From the NCBI GenBank assembly GCA_032718475.1, contig JAUCBJ010003608.1:1-64000 (forward strand): DNA of 64,000 nt, given 5' to 3'. The stretch is from Nemertoderma westbladi. Taxonomy: Eukaryota > Animalia > Xenacoelomorpha. The notes below the pieces were generated by a model. It was not told the origin of the DNA, did not search any database, and saw only the letters and a list, made by a program, of their open reading frames with translations. The translations under genes and the position numbers were made by a program. Positions 1-12,895 of this stretch are shown here, piece after piece (the stretch's first letter is position 1; every line of letters starts with the position of its first letter).

Positions 1-567
1 TCCATCTTCCTCGAGGCCGCCTCCAACCTGTCCGGACTGCTCCTCTGCTTCCCGGACAACCCGGACTCCGGGCCACTCGTGCTGCTCCGGGGTTTGCTCA
101 ACGCGATCCAGTCCCGACAGTGGGACGACCAATCACTCTCCGCCTCCCGTCTCCATCTTCGTGTCCTCGCCTTGCTATGCGGATACTCGCAACCTCGTTA
201 TCTCTACTCCGTCCCTCGGGTCGACGCCAACGACACTCTCTACGGCAGCGACCCTAAATTTATTCTAGAACTCGATAACCTGGCTACTGTATTACTTAAC
301 AACATATTAGCGGCTTTGAAAAGTATCCCGCCGTCTAAAGAAGATTCAATTCGTATTAAAGTCGATCTGTTGATCACGATCTTAGGTCACGGCGACATCA
401 GCAACTCGGAGATGGCCAATCTAGCCAAAGATCTTTGGGCGAGTCTAGATAAACATATGGGTGTATCTACGCGGAAGTCATTGTTACAACACTTAGGTAA
501 GAAACCTTCAGCTATGGGAGGGTCAACCGTTGATTGGTTACAAACTAATTTAAACGGAACTATTTAA
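1..567 (+). CDS. VPS35L: VPS35 endosomal sorting factor-like (Retriever subunit), C-terminal part; 5' end outside window
   Basis: Frame open from base 1 (SIFLEAASNLSGLLLCFPDNPDSGPLVLLRGLLNAIQ...YSQPRYLYSVPRVDANDTLYGSDPKF...HGDI...LW). Matches the VPS35L/C16orf62 C-terminal motifs PDxPxxG, SQxxYLYxxxxVDxNDxLYGxDxKF. TAA at 565-567, followed by AT-rich UTR with AATAAA. Confidence 0.88.
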   Translation, partial: SIFLEAASNLSGLLLCFPDNPDSGPLVLLRGLLNAIQSRQWDDQSLSASRLHLRVLALLCGYSQPRYLYSVPRVDANDTLYGSDPKFILELDNLATVLLNNILAALKSIPPSKEDSIRIKVDLLITILGHGDISNSEMANLAKDLWASLDKHMGVSTRKSLLQHLGKKPSAMGGSTVDWLQTNLNGTI

Positions 568-834
568 TTATTCCCTTAATTAATTCCATCATTTCTAATT
601 TATTGATATTAATTAATTTACGTAGTTAATTATGTTTTAGTATTTGTTTATCCACTATTGCCACTGCCAATAATTAGTCTTAAGAAATTCAGAAAATAAA
701 TGACATAAATAAAAGTATATAATAATAATTCGAACCCAGGAATCCAAATTACTATTTATTTTACAAGTTTATTTTACTTGAATGATTGTGTCGCATTTCT
801 TCTAATTACTAAAGTCATCCAAATCATACTTAGT

Positions 835-2580
835 GTGATTATCTAAGATTAATTATTTTTATTCTTAAATTGTTACTTTTTCGCTCGAATATACCCCAAA
901 ATCGGGAGAAAAAGTAATCAATAGGATTGCATTGATTTTACTTTTTTCCCGGCGAAAAAAGTAAAGTATAATATTTTTGGTGGAATTTCTTAAATTGTAT
1001 TACATGTGTTGAAAGAGCATCGACGTAGAAAAGTTACGTAACAAATATTCGAGAACACTAAATTATTTAACATTGAGTAAGGCAGCATCGAGAGTTGAAG
1101 AGTAAAGTAATTGGAATCGCAGTAACTTATGGAATCAATATAGTAAAATACTCAGTTCAATTTATTTGGTAACACTTTTACGTTCTGTGTTTTTTATTAA
1201 AGAATTGAGCAACAAAGAAGTACCAATTTAAGAATAAACTTACGTATTTAATTGGAAAAAACTAAAATATTTTTTCACTATTCTTGAGGAATTTTGGCCT
1301 ATTTTATTTACCGAGCGCTGCGCCCGGCGAGGTTAATAAAGAGTGCTATATTTTTCTCAACTAATTAAATAATTATATTACAAATATTACTATTACTTTG
1401 CAAACTTTATTTCCCACTGATCATGAGATGATGAATTTGCCGATAAAAGTCTATCAAAATATGCTATATTTTAATTTGTTTACAATCCCGTTGCCATCGT
1501 TACGAGAATAATGAAAAATTGTGTCTACTGCACAATAATGTCATTGACACATACTGAATGAAATAAACGTGATTTACGAATTACGATTTGAAAAAGAACC
1601 AAGTTAAAGAATTATACTTTTTATTAAAGTTGAGAAACCGAATGAAAGTGTTTTATACAATATTGTTAGCAATAAATTCCAAGTTAGTCAGTATTATCGT
1701 TACAACGAGATTGTAAAGTATATAATTAAAATGTTATCTTGATAGACTTTTATCGCCTTTATTCACACCCCAAATATTAAGAGCAGAAACCTCTACATTT
1801 GCATTGAATATTAGGCGCTCAAATCTTGATTTACTTTGCACCCGGTTACCATGACAACAGCATGATAAAAATTACTGAAACACAAAGTAATACATTTCTG
1901 TGATTCTTACCAAATCATATCATATCTAACCAATCAAATTAGCATATAAAAGTTCTATAATGCAATGTACGTGTTGATATATGGCCACTTTACTCTTTCC
2001 CGTTATTAAATCAGTTGCACGGATTCAACTCTTTCCCTTTTGATAATATGATGATAGAGATTTTACTGTTCTTATTTTATGCCGATATTGTTAGGTATCG
2101 TTAGTAATACCGGTACCGTTCTGTTGTAGTTGGTATTTATATTAATTAACAACTTACAATGTTAAAATATGTCTGCTTCATCCCAAATGTATTATCGAAG
2201 TATTTTAGTATTTTTAAGGGACAAGAGTAAAGTGTCCGGCCGTTAATCACCACCGTAAGTAATAATGGCCCTGCAGGCTGGCTTACCAAGTCGTACAATA
2301 GGTAATGGTGCGTAAACTATTCCCAACGATGACGATTTTATCTAAATTTGAGTGTATTGCCTTGCTACTACCTTCTATGCATGTTGGTGCAGTGCTTAAC
2401 CCATATTATTGCTATTATTATTATATGATAAAATATTAGACCTACAAAGTAATTGGTTTTTATTTTGCGCAGATACTTTTTTTCCCTCAGGAGAAAAGTA
2501 CTACTTTTTCTCCCAATATTGGAGTATTTTCGAGCGAAATAGTAACAGTTTAAGAATAAATTATTAATATCTCGCACAAT
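835..2580. mobile_element. Degenerate foldback/palindromic non-autonomous DNA element(s)
   Basis: ~850-960 (ttcttaaattgttactttttcgctcgaatatacccc...gggagaaaaagta) is an imperfect inverted copy of ~2470-2565. An inner inverted pair lies at ~1441-1503 (cgataaaagtctatcaa...tttacaatcccgttg) versus ~1692-1757. Confidence 0.5.
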
Positions 2581-2644
2581 ATTAGCGTAGTGGATAACGG
2601 GTTCGGTTATAAATGTTAGCAAAGGCTTTACAATTGCGACTTAG

Positions 2645-3135
2645 TTACTACTACTACTATCGGCATGCTGCATTGCAGCTGCATTATATATATTTCACAT
2701 ATATTAAGATTGGTGTTCCGGCTTGTAGACAAAATTACCCCGCCACAACTCCATGTCACCCAATAAATTTGCTAGATCATCCGCATCTTCAAGACCAGTG
2801 TTCTTTATGCGCCTCAAGAAAGTCATGGGATGTCCACCATGCTTATTCACTCCATGAGGCCGCCGATGCACAAGATTATGCACTGGCTGGTCCTCACGGC
2901 GAAAGCAATGTCCTGCAAAGCGGAGGCGGCTTTGTTCTAGTGTGAACACCTCCAATGTTGTATAGAGTCTGATTGGAGATATACTTGATCATTTGATGTT
3001 CATTGTACTTGACACATTGAACCCGGCGCAGCATTCTTGTGAAAGTGCCATTCAGAGATTTGGTATCCTCTGCAGTTAGAGCCCAGCATGGACTCCCATA
3101 TAAGAGTATTGGTACTGCTACTGCCCTAAATCATA
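2645..3135 (-). mobile_element. 3' fragment of an RTE-like non-LTR retrotransposon (copy 1)
   Basis: Minus-strand peptides VPILLYGSPCWALT...TRMLRR and LRFAGHCFR typical of the RT thumb/C-terminal region of RTE-type LINEs. (TAG)n tail at ~2645-2660. A homologous copy lies at ~12648-12895. Confidence 0.7.
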
Positions 3136-3556
3136 TTTTTTTTTGCCCTTATATTACCCTTATATTACATTTACAAATTACAATTTCAATTACAAATTTA
3201 ACAATTATGTATAACAATTAAGTATTTTAAATCTGAGTGATACCAACAAAGATCTGGCCAGGCGCTGGAAGCAAGCTTATAATGCACCTGGCAAATCTAG
3301 AAATTAATTCATTAATGAGATTCTATTTTATGTTGGATTTATTAAATTAAATATATTAAATAAGCTGTTTGTGCATTTCTGAATAATTACCTAGAACCTT
3401 TTAATGCTATTTTTTATTTAATAGAGTATTTTTCAAATTTCGTTTAAATTGGTAAATAGTAGGATGCCGGCGGAGTGACATTGGTAGTTGATTCCAGTGT
3501 AACGGACCTTGATAACTCACTATAGTCTGGGTTGACGATTTTCGATACAGAGGGAG

Positions 3557-3760
3557 ATGTGGGGCGAGCGACGAAAGTAAGCGAGCTTAGCATACAGGTA
3601 CCACTTACTCAATCGGTGTCTCGGTTGCTCTGTTGATCTGTTGTATCCAATTTTAAACGTTAATAACTCAGCCAAATCTCGATAAAATATATCCAAACTT
3701 GGTACATATGTAGACTGGTAAAAGGTTAGAAATTTTCCAAACTGCCCAATACTGCAATAC
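3557..3760. mobile_element. Non-autonomous element fragment (possibly Helentron/DINE-like); inverted homolog at ~7480-7818
   Basis: atgtggggcga...cttagcata...ccaaacttggtacatatgta...agaaatt recurs as the reverse complement at 7480-7818. The family call rests only on the taccaagtttgg and gacaga motifs. Confidence 0.35.
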
Positions 3761-4335
3761 CCAGCAATGTTTTGTAATTGTACCGGTACTCAAACAACTC
3801 GCCACCAAGGCCACCGCCTCTGTCTGTCTCAGTGTCGTTGGCGACCTCGGCTTTTGGTATCGCTATTGCGCTAGCGCTACGGGCAAACTGGACTAACCGA
3901 TGAGCGAGACCCGAGGACTGAAGAATGCATTGAATTTTTTGAGTAGTTTGAATGTGTCAAATGCCTTGGATAGGTCGAGGAACAAACCTACTGTAATATT
4001 ATTATCATCATTTTGAGTTGCAAGATCGTGAATTAAAGATGGTACAGCTAATTCTACAGATTTTTGGGTTGGAATCCAAACTGATCACAACATAACATTT
4101 TTTCTTTTTTAATAAATCCCAGCAGTTGAGTGCACATAACCTTTTCAATAATTTTAGAAAAATACGGCAAAACACTAACAGGCCGATAATTGACTATTAT
4201 GTTTTTATCCCCACATTTGAATACTGGTACAATTTTAGAACACATCAATGGGTCAGGCACTATTGGATCAATACCATCAAGCCCCACTGATTTTTTGTTG
4301 TTTATACACATTACTGTTCTAATTACGTCATTTTC

Positions 4336-4606
4336 AAAGTAAAAGTAAAGTAAATTTTCTTCGGCCGCTAGGCCAGGGATTACGCACAAAGTCTGTTCCA
4401 GTGCGGTCCCCCCAGAACTTTACTCCCCAGAGGAAACTCCAGTACTAATTTAGCTACCACTTAAGGATGCAAGGCAGAGATGCGCCCTGGCTGGTCCCTT
4501 TAAAGCATTCGTGCCGAAACGAAAACTGCCCTGGCCCATGTGAGGATCGAACCCACGACCTACGGGAGATGTGAATTCAATGCAACCACTACACCAAGGG
4601 GGAACC
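4336..4606 (-). mobile_element. tRNA-derived SINE inserted in the LINE
   Basis: Pol III A box TGGTGTAGTGG and B box GGTTCGATCC at the 5' end. Central gccttgcatccttaagtggtagctaaattagtac resembles conserved SINE cores. (TTTAC)n tail. Splits LINE peptide FLSTVS/ENDVIRT. Confidence 0.75.
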
Positions 4607-5311
4607 TTACTGTAGACCTTAGTGTCAGATACTGTTGATAAGAACATTGAATTTACAATGCGCTTTTTCAAATAAGATGATACAGTGGGACCTGCATTTG
4701 GAATTTTGCTTGCAAGTGTTTCACCAACCGAGGCGTAATCTTTATTAAATCCGTTGGCAATACATATTCATCGGTCTCCATTTTTGAGTTATTGAGAAAA
4801 GTAGATGGGTTGATGTGTATTTTGACGACTTTTTTTATATTGATTAAATTTTTGATTGAAGACCAAGTTTTACTAATATTATTTTTCGATTTTTCAAAAA
4901 GATTTGTGAAATGTAATTTCTTTCCATTTCGAATTAAAGTGACTAAAAAATTTTCGTATTAGGTATATGAAGTTTTATTTACTTCTGTTTTATTTTTAAT
5001 GTATACTGAGAACTTTTTCTGTTTCGTTTTGATGCAGGTTAGAATAGATTCTGTAATCCATGGTTTTTCTACATTTATTATTTTGTGTTGTATTAAAGGA
5101 AAACATTGCTCAAAAATACCTTGATTGTCAGTGACAAATTTGTTATACGCTTTCGTTGTGTCAGTCTCATCCATGACATTTTTCCAGCTGCCTTCTTTCA
5201 TTTTTACATCGAGTTGATGTAGAAAATGTTTGATATTTGTTGGTGATGAATCCCTTTTAAGATAAAATTTTGGTTTAGGTGGAATCGTGTTACATGGTAT
5301 TTCGTAAAGGG

Positions 5312-5817
5312 CAAATATTGGAAGATGATCCGATATGTCTGCAAAAATTATTGGAAGATGATCCGATATGTCTGCAAATATTGGAAGATGATCCGATATG
5401 TCTGCAAAAATTATTGGAAGATGATCCGATATGTCTGCAAATATTGGAAGATGATCCGATATGTCTGCAAAAATTATTGGAAGATGATCCGATATGTCTG
5501 CAAATATTGGAAGATGATCCGATATGTCTGCAAAAATTATTGGAAGATGATCCGATATGTCTGCAAATATTGGAAGATGATCCGATATGTCTGCAAAAAT
5601 TATTGGAAGATGATCCGATATGTCTGCAAATATTGGAAGATGATCCGATATGTCTGCAAATATTGGAAGATGATCCGATATGTCTGCAAATATTGGAAGA
5701 TGATCCGATATGTCTGCAAATATTGGAAGATGATCCGATATGTCTGCAAATATTGGAAGATGATCCGATATGTCTGCAAATATTGGAAGATGATCCGATA
5801 TGTCTGCAAAAATTATT
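5312..5817. repeat. 30/33-bp tandem repeat (16 copies) of the LINE endonuclease SDH motif
   Basis: Unit ttggaagatgatccgatatgtctgcaaa(aat)ta reads (I)IFADISDHLP on the minus strand in the LINE frame. Five 63-bp dimers are followed by six 30-bp monomers. Confidence 0.95.
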
Positions 5818-5871
5818 CCTGATTCTGTAATAGTGGAGTAGTCCTAGTCATTAGTTAAAATATTATCAATA

Positions 5872-5897
5872 GCGGCGGCGGTGGTGGTGGTGGTGGC

Positions 5898-5929
<32 letters not shown>

Positions 5930-5954
5930 TGGTGGTGGCGGTGGCGGTGGTGGT

Positions 5955-5986
<32 letters not shown>

Positions 5987-5990
5987 TGGC

Positions 5991-6022
<32 letters not shown>

Positions 6023-6080
6023 TGGTGGTGGCGGTGGCGGTGGTGGTGGCGGTGGCGGTGGCGGTGGCGGTGGCGGTGGC

Positions 6081-6112
<32 letters not shown>

Positions 6113-6140
6113 TGGTGGTGGCGGTGGTGGTGGTGGTGGT

Positions 6141-6172
<32 letters not shown>

Positions 6173-6188
6173 TGGCGGTGGTGGTGGT

Positions 6189-6220
<32 letters not shown>

Positions 6221-6320
6221 TGGCGGTGGCGGTGGCGGTGGTGGTGGTGGTGGCGGTGGCGGTGGTGGTGGCGGTGGTGGTGGCGGTGGTGGTGGTGGTG
6301 GCGGTGGCGGTGGCGGTGGC

Positions 6321-6352
<32 letters not shown>

Positions 6353-6488
6353 TGGCGGTGGCGGTGGCGGTGGTGGTGGCGGTGGTGGTGGCGGTGGTGG
6401 TGGCGGTGGTGGTGGTGGTGGCGGTGGCGGTGGCGGTGGCGGTGGCGGTGGCGGTGGCGGTGGCGGTGGCGGTGGCGGTGGCGGTGGC

Positions 6489-6520
<32 letters not shown>

Positions 6521-6716
6521 TGGTGGTGGCGGTGGCGGTGGTGGTGGCGGTGGTGGTGGCGGTGGTGGTGGTGGTGGCGGTGGCGGTGGCGGTGGTGGTG
6601 GCGGTGGTGGTGGCGGTGGTGGTGGCGGTGGTGGTGGTGGTGGCGGTGGCGGTGGCGGTGGTGTCTGTGGTGGCGGTGGCGGTGGCGGTGGTGTCTGTGG
6701 TGGCGGTGGCGGTGGC

Positions 6717-6747
<31 letters not shown>

Positions 6748-6839
6748 TCTGTGGTGGCGGTGGCGGCGGCGGCGGTGGTGGTGGCGGTGGCGGTGGCGGT
6801 GGTGTCTGTGGTGGCGGTGGCGGTGGCGGTGGTGTCTGT

Positions 6840-6870
<31 letters not shown>

Positions 6871-6962
6871 TCTGTGGTGGCGGTGGCGGCGGCGGCGGTG
6901 GTGGTGGCGGTGGCGGTGGCGGTGGTGTCTGTGGTGGCGGTGGCGGTGGCGGTGGTGTCTGT

Positions 6963-6993
<31 letters not shown>

Positions 6994-6998
6994 TCTGT
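5872..6998. repeat. (GTG/GCG)n cryptic microsatellite expansion inside the LINE endonuclease
   Basis: About 1.1 kb of GTG/GCG triplets with GTGTCTGTG variants, sitting between TRITDTT and AIDNILTN in frame. Confidence 0.95.
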
Positions 6999-9900
6999 TA
7001 TTCGAGTTGGTTTATTTATAATCGGAACAAAGCATTGTGTGGATATTGTTTCAAAAAATTGATGAGCTACTGTAGATTTATAAATATGTAATATATTGAC
7101 GTTAAAATCACCCATCAAATAAAGCACGTTTGTGTTGCTTCATCTTAAGAAACTGTAGTTTCATAATCTACTCCCTCAGAAACATCATGACGGCCAATTG
7201 ACCCATAAATTGTCCCATACTTTACCATTATAATGGCGATTACATTTTAGTGCACTGTATTAATGTAATATATGAAACCTGGAGGGCAGGAGTGTTGTAA
7301 TGCTTTAGGGTGATAGTAGTGGGAAGCATAGAAGTATGTATTTGAACTAAGAATCATTCCTCAGTTAACTAATCTTTGAGTTTATGCATGTGAAGTCCTG
7401 TACTTTACAACAAATTTCAAAAAATTTAGTTTTTTAGCAGATAAGAAGATCGGTAAGTACAGTAATTGATACATTTTTAGAAAAATGGAAAGAATTTCTA
7501 AACTTTTCACAGAATACATGTGTACCAAGTTTGGTTATATTTCATCAATGATTGACGGACTTATTTCGGTTTTTATCAAAATTTTGAAACTATCGGTACC
7601 AATAGACAGAATGTCTGATATGTGACCTTTGATTCCTTAAACTTCAGATTATTTCCAAACTTTTGACAGACTTCATACGTACCAAGTTTGGTTTAATTTC
7701 ATATATAAATGACCGAGATATACAGTATTAGCGATCAAAAATTAGACAGATGACAGACAACTCCTCAACGGCACCCATATGCTAAGACTTCGGGTCAATT
7801 TGTGGGTCGCCCCACATTTTGCATCCATATCTTGGTTGGAAATACTTAGTTGCACTTTATTATCACTAATTATCCAGAAATTACTGTTAGGTTAAGTGTA
7901 AGATACCATTTTTACCATAAAATTCGTACAGGTCCCGTACTTTACTTAGCAATGTCCCATACTATACCACACACACCACACTGTAAAAAATTCGCAATGT
8001 AGCAATTCGTCTGATATTTATATTTTTATTTAAGCTTAATAATACAGCTTTATCCTAAACATCAACTCAACACCGTACCTGCGCACAATTCGCTAAATTT
8101 TAGAATTGAAATCATAAAATAAAAAAAACCATTTCGTATGAATCCGTACTTTACCTTAATTGGACAAGCTGGTGTTTTCTCAAAAGTGACCGCCATAAGC
8201 TTCGCGAAATCAAAGCTGATATTCGAAAGTTCAATCCAAGCACAATTTTATGCACATATGTGCTGTGGATAACATTGTACAGGCAATCAAAGTTCAAAAT
8301 TGTGCACGTCCCGTACTTTACTTTGGAATGAGCCTATTATGACAACTTATCAGCGTTCTGGTGATATCTCCGCAACGATCGAAGTACCATTTACAGCGTT
8401 GCGGCCTATAGGACAGAACCCTGTAAAGTATTCATAACTTAATAGCAATAAATAAACTTCTCAACGACTTGAGTGTTCTCAGTTTATCGATGAGAGCCAT
8501 ATTGTACTGTAAGTGTAACATTATTTACGTTACATTTGTTACAATAACTGCAAGCAATTTCTTAAAAAGGATATCAATTTCACTTATATCACTAGAGAGT
8601 GAACATTTCAATATTAAATATAAATAATTTTAAAGCGTTGAAAACGAGACAAGTTTACATAATGTGACAAAATTACGCACCCAATACATCATTCAGCCAT
8701 GGTGTGAAAAGGGCACTGTTCTGTTAACAGCGTTCATATTTATGGAAACCTTACTCGCTCCACTCGCTCGTTACATAAATACACTCGGGTCATAACTCTG
8801 ATAAGTGCTAGTTTTCACACAATCATGTAAATAGTTTTGTATTTCAAGAATATTAGTTAAATAAATGGTTTGGCGCGTCTTCACCCGCGTCCAATCTTCG
8901 TCTGATCGGGGGAAATGAGCAGATTACAGAAACGGCAGGTTACATATGACTTTTTCTAACCAAAACAATAAACAATGTTGCTAATAATCATTTTGAGGGC
9001 GAAGCTTTCTCCGGCCGAAGTTTGCTGCGTACCAAATAAATGGCCACACAAAACATCAGAGGAAATGCAATTAATGCCATGCCAATATGCCACTCAAGTC
9101 AGCCTGCACTTTATATACATTACTCTTGTATTCTTGTATGCCGCCTTTCCGGCGGCAACAACAAAGCAGCAAAAGGATACCAATATTTCTTGATGTACAA
9201 AGGGTGCAATATTGAGGAGACACTTTTTGCAAACGCTTGCAAAGTAAGTAGTGAGAAAGTTAATTTCTCCCACCTACCGAAAAATTCGAGCGCATACTGC
9301 CTATCTATATATCAAAGTTTTCCTGATATCATTAAAGATTTGTAAAAAAAAATAGCGGAGAGGGAGAGAGTTGCCCAGTTAAGGGGCCGCATTCGTAATT
9401 ACGACTTATCGCTCAACTAGGATAAAAAATTTAGTGCTATATTTTTTCACAACTGTGGATAAGTGATAACCTTGAATACATACCAGAATAACTAGTCTTT
9501 GTATAGTATAGTAGCCTACATTGCGCTAAATTAAATGGAAAACTTAAAATTTTCTAGAATAATTGTAGGCCAATTTCATAATGTGCATGGGGAATCCATA
9601 CCTTAGTATAATTATGTAAAAATGCTGTAGCTAATATTCTAGAAAATGAATACAACTTGACGATTTCAAAAATGCTACAAATTTCCGTACAATATAACAT
9701 AATTTGCGTACTACAGTATATAACACAATTTGCGTAAAAAATAAATTACACTTTTAGTACGGAAATTTTGATGTATAGGAATTATTACGGGATTTAGGGG
9801 AGACAACATAGCTTACCCTCGTTATTAATTTTTGACATAATACAGTAGATACAATTATTTTTAGAAACTCTTCAATATCTGAATTTGGGGGACGATAAAT

Positions 9901-10729
9901 CCATCCAAAAATTACATTTTTAACAGACACTCGCTGCCACTCAATGAAAGTAGATTCAAATACTCCCGATTTAAATGTGGTTATAGTTAGTACATATCCA
10001 ATGGGAAAATGAAAGTAAGTAGTTTATATCTTTTTTAATAGTTGAGAAACAATTCACAGGGTATTTTGTTTGACAAATCCAACAGTGAATAAATTTGTTG
10101 TTAGTTGATTGAATTTTCTAAAACATTTTCCGCAATTTTGTGACATTAACAGTTGGTATCGGAGAAAGGTTTTAATATTATTCCAGACATTCGATCCTAT
10201 CTGATATTAAAAACTGATATCGCCGGTACGCCCTTAACAATCATTAATTAGTTAATTACCATTATTAATTAGTTAATTACCATTATTATTTATTTATTAT
10301 TACCGGTACTGGGAATTAATTATTATTATTTAATAAAAATAACATCGTAAAGATAAATTCATTATCATCCGTTATCATTATTTTATTTATTAGTAGAGAA
10401 ACAAATAGTTGACTAGGCCTATTTAAAACAAGGGGGTAAGATGATGTGGTAGGCTACGTGATTAGTTTCTCAATTAACTCCATAATTAATAATAATTAAC
10501 TATCCATAATTAACTCAATTAATTTCTCAAGTAGTTTCTTAATTATATGGTTAGTTACAAGATATAGGTACAACGAAAAATGTGGCAGGACTTTATCCAT
10601 AAGATTTAAAGGTTATTAGTGCAGATAATATAATTATGGTTGGGCCCGGAGAACCAATCACTTATGATTGATAGGATTGTTATGATTGTTAACTAGGATA
10701 TTTGGTCCACTTGCAGATTTCAAAATGTT

Positions 10730-12628
10730 TTGTTGATATTTCCTGAATTTTTTTACTTAGAAAATCAAAGAGTTCCACTTTGTTTCCATTAACTCTCAGG
10801 AATGTTTGCCAATTCTGGGGTAGAACTAGTGCTGCGAACTGAAACTGAAACTGAACTGGAACTGAAATCGAACTGAAATTGTTTTTGGCATTTTTTCTGA
10901 ACTGGAACTGGAACTGAAACTTTAATTTTTTTTAAACTGAAACTGAAACTAGAACTGAAACGTGATATATTGAAATACTGGAACTGGAACTAGAACTGAA
11001 TTCCTGAAAATTGAAAACTGGAAGTAATAAATTGAAAATAAATGTAAACATAAATTAAAATATTATAATACTACATACATATTATTATATTACAATATTA
11101 CAATATTATTATTTTATTTATGAACGCAAGGCGAAGGCAGCCAGAATAGTACATTCAGTAGGATGCCAATTTGCCAAACAAACAATTTCAGGGTGGAATA
11201 AAAACTTCTACATTAATTCTATGATGAAAATTGTGAACATGTATCGATGTATGTCAAAATTGACAGATAACCCAACCTAAACATTTCAGCTCAGAATTCA
11301 ACATACAACAAACTACTACTAACACTTAGTAATAATTAAGTAAAAAAAAAATTTGAAAGAACCAAGCTACTCTACTGCACTGGTACGTTGTTTTAGCTAG
11401 AACGATTCTTATAATGTCACCTCTCCCTATACAAAGTTACTGACAAGTAGACGGTGCACCAGAAGACTGAATTACCGTGCACAACCATCCCCGATATAGT
11501 CATTGTGTAGTGTGTAGTGTAGTGTGTATTGTGTAGTGTAAGCTATGCAGGGAGAAGCCTATGATAAAAGCAATAACCCTTGGCGATGGAGTTGGTCAGA
11601 GATTGGCTATAAAATAATTATATTCTGGAATATTATTCTGTAGTACTGGTAGGCCTCTGTTCAGCCTTTGATACTATACATACGGTTTCGGCATAAAAAA
11701 GTAAAGGCCTGTTTTCAGCTCCTCCCAGCGGAGTTTGTAATTATTAACTTTTGGGAAGGTATTGCGAATGTTAATATTACCTGCACTTCCTTGCGGTGGT
11801 TTATATAGGTATTATTCCTATATTCTGTCAATAAAATTACTACTACTATAATTATTATTCAGTTATTGTAGGATAATAATTAATATTCGTATAATTCTGG
11901 AATTCTCAACACTAGCCCATAAATATAAATATATACACTAATACAGGTAGTACTGAATATATATACAGTATTGTGGTTGCCATAGAATGACAGCGGTAGG
12001 CCTTCTTATTACATATTATTGTTATGAAACTTGAATTGAAACTGAAACTATTTTTTTTCCGGAACTGGAACTGGAACTTAAATAAACAGCCTCATTCAAA
12101 CTGAAACTAGAACTGAAACGGAAACTATTTTTTTTTGGAAACTGGAACTGAAATAAATAGGTTTATTCGAACTGAAACTGGAACTGAAACTAGTCAAATA
12201 TTGATTCAGTTCGCAGCACTAGGTAGAACAGTTCTTCCTTAAACACGTCTCCGTGTACCCAATCCTCTCTTCTCTCTACTAATCCGCTTTAAACTGTCAC
12301 CTCTGTATGCATCCCAAACAACATCAAGTTTTTCCACATTTTGTAGTCTGATGTTATGTACGGAATGAACTCTTTATCTGCGTAGTCATCAAATATGCGT
12401 GAGTTTAATGATGTTAACTATAACAGCACCATCAATGATTAACGAATCCATTCCTGGTACTTGAGTAACAGGTGAATCTTGTAACTTGTTCTCTAAACAG
12501 GGAACAATATCCGATTTTGATCCACTTCTCATCAATCCATCATGTGATAGACTTTGAGGAAAGGGCTGGTTTTCAAACTTAAAAAAATCATCAAGGCAAC
12601 CATCTCTCACTTGACAAGCTATATACAA
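10730..12628 (-). mobile_element. Fragment of a large XPG/PIN-nuclease-containing DNA transposon protein (Academ-like), split by the hAT element
   Basis: Peptides YIACQVRDGCLDDFFKFENQPFPQSLS...KSDIVPCLE...IIDG, LDVVWDAY, GTRRRV, and across the hAT insertion VLPQNWQTFLRVNGNKVELFDFL. The Academ assignment is from recalled family motifs. Confidence 0.6.
10827..12221. mobile_element. Non-autonomous hAT DNA transposon
   Basis: Perfect TIRs TAGTGCTGCGAACTGAA / TTCAGTTCGCAGCACTA. 8-bp TSD GGTAGAAC at 10819-10826 and 12222-12229. Subterminal AACTG(A/G) repeats at both ends; no transposase ORF. Confidence 0.9.
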
Positions 12629-12647
12629 CGTTGTCCTTCAACCTCAA

Positions 12648-12895
12648 CCTGCTTTCGCCGTGAGGACCACCCAGTGCATAATCTTGTGCTTTCGCAGCCT
12701 CATGGAGTGGATAAGCATGGTGGACAGCCCATGACTTTCTTGAGACGCATCTTAAAGGAACCTGGCCTTGAAGATGGGGATGATCTAGTAAATGTCATGG
12801 GTGATAGGGAGTTGTGGCGGCGCAATTTTGTCGACAAGCCGGCACAGCATTCTTCAAAAATGCAGCTGCAATGCAGCATTCCGATCCCAGTAGTA
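12648..12895 (+). mobile_element. 5'-truncated RTE-like LINE 3' end (copy 2)
   Basis: CFRREDHPVHNLV...GGQPMTFLRRI...ELWRRNFV is near-identical to copy 1 at 2704-2920, with the same atgcagctgcaatgcagcat 3' end. Confidence 0.75.

Larger units (their letters stand above)
3925..7130 (-). mobile_element. Decayed CR1/L2-type LINE ORF2 (APE endonuclease + N-terminal RT), interrupted by a SINE and two tandem expansions
   Basis: Ordered motifs on minus strand: LMGDFN, PTRIT...IDNILTN, ADISDHLP, KPWIT, GLDGI, KIVPVFK...NYRPVSVLPYFSKIIEK, QFGF, VGLFLDLSKAFDT (~3955-3993). Stops and frameshifts present; truncated before the RT YxDD motif. Confidence 0.88.

Noticed and set aside
4530-4606. tRNA gene
   Set aside because: A and B boxes present but I could not fold a convincing cloverleaf; followed by SINE core and tail.
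5844-7127. Thr/Ala-rich antifreeze- or mucin-like 427 aa ORF and its Val/Ala antisense
   Set aside because: Triplet expansion within a dead LINE endonuclease; no signal peptide; stop directly after.
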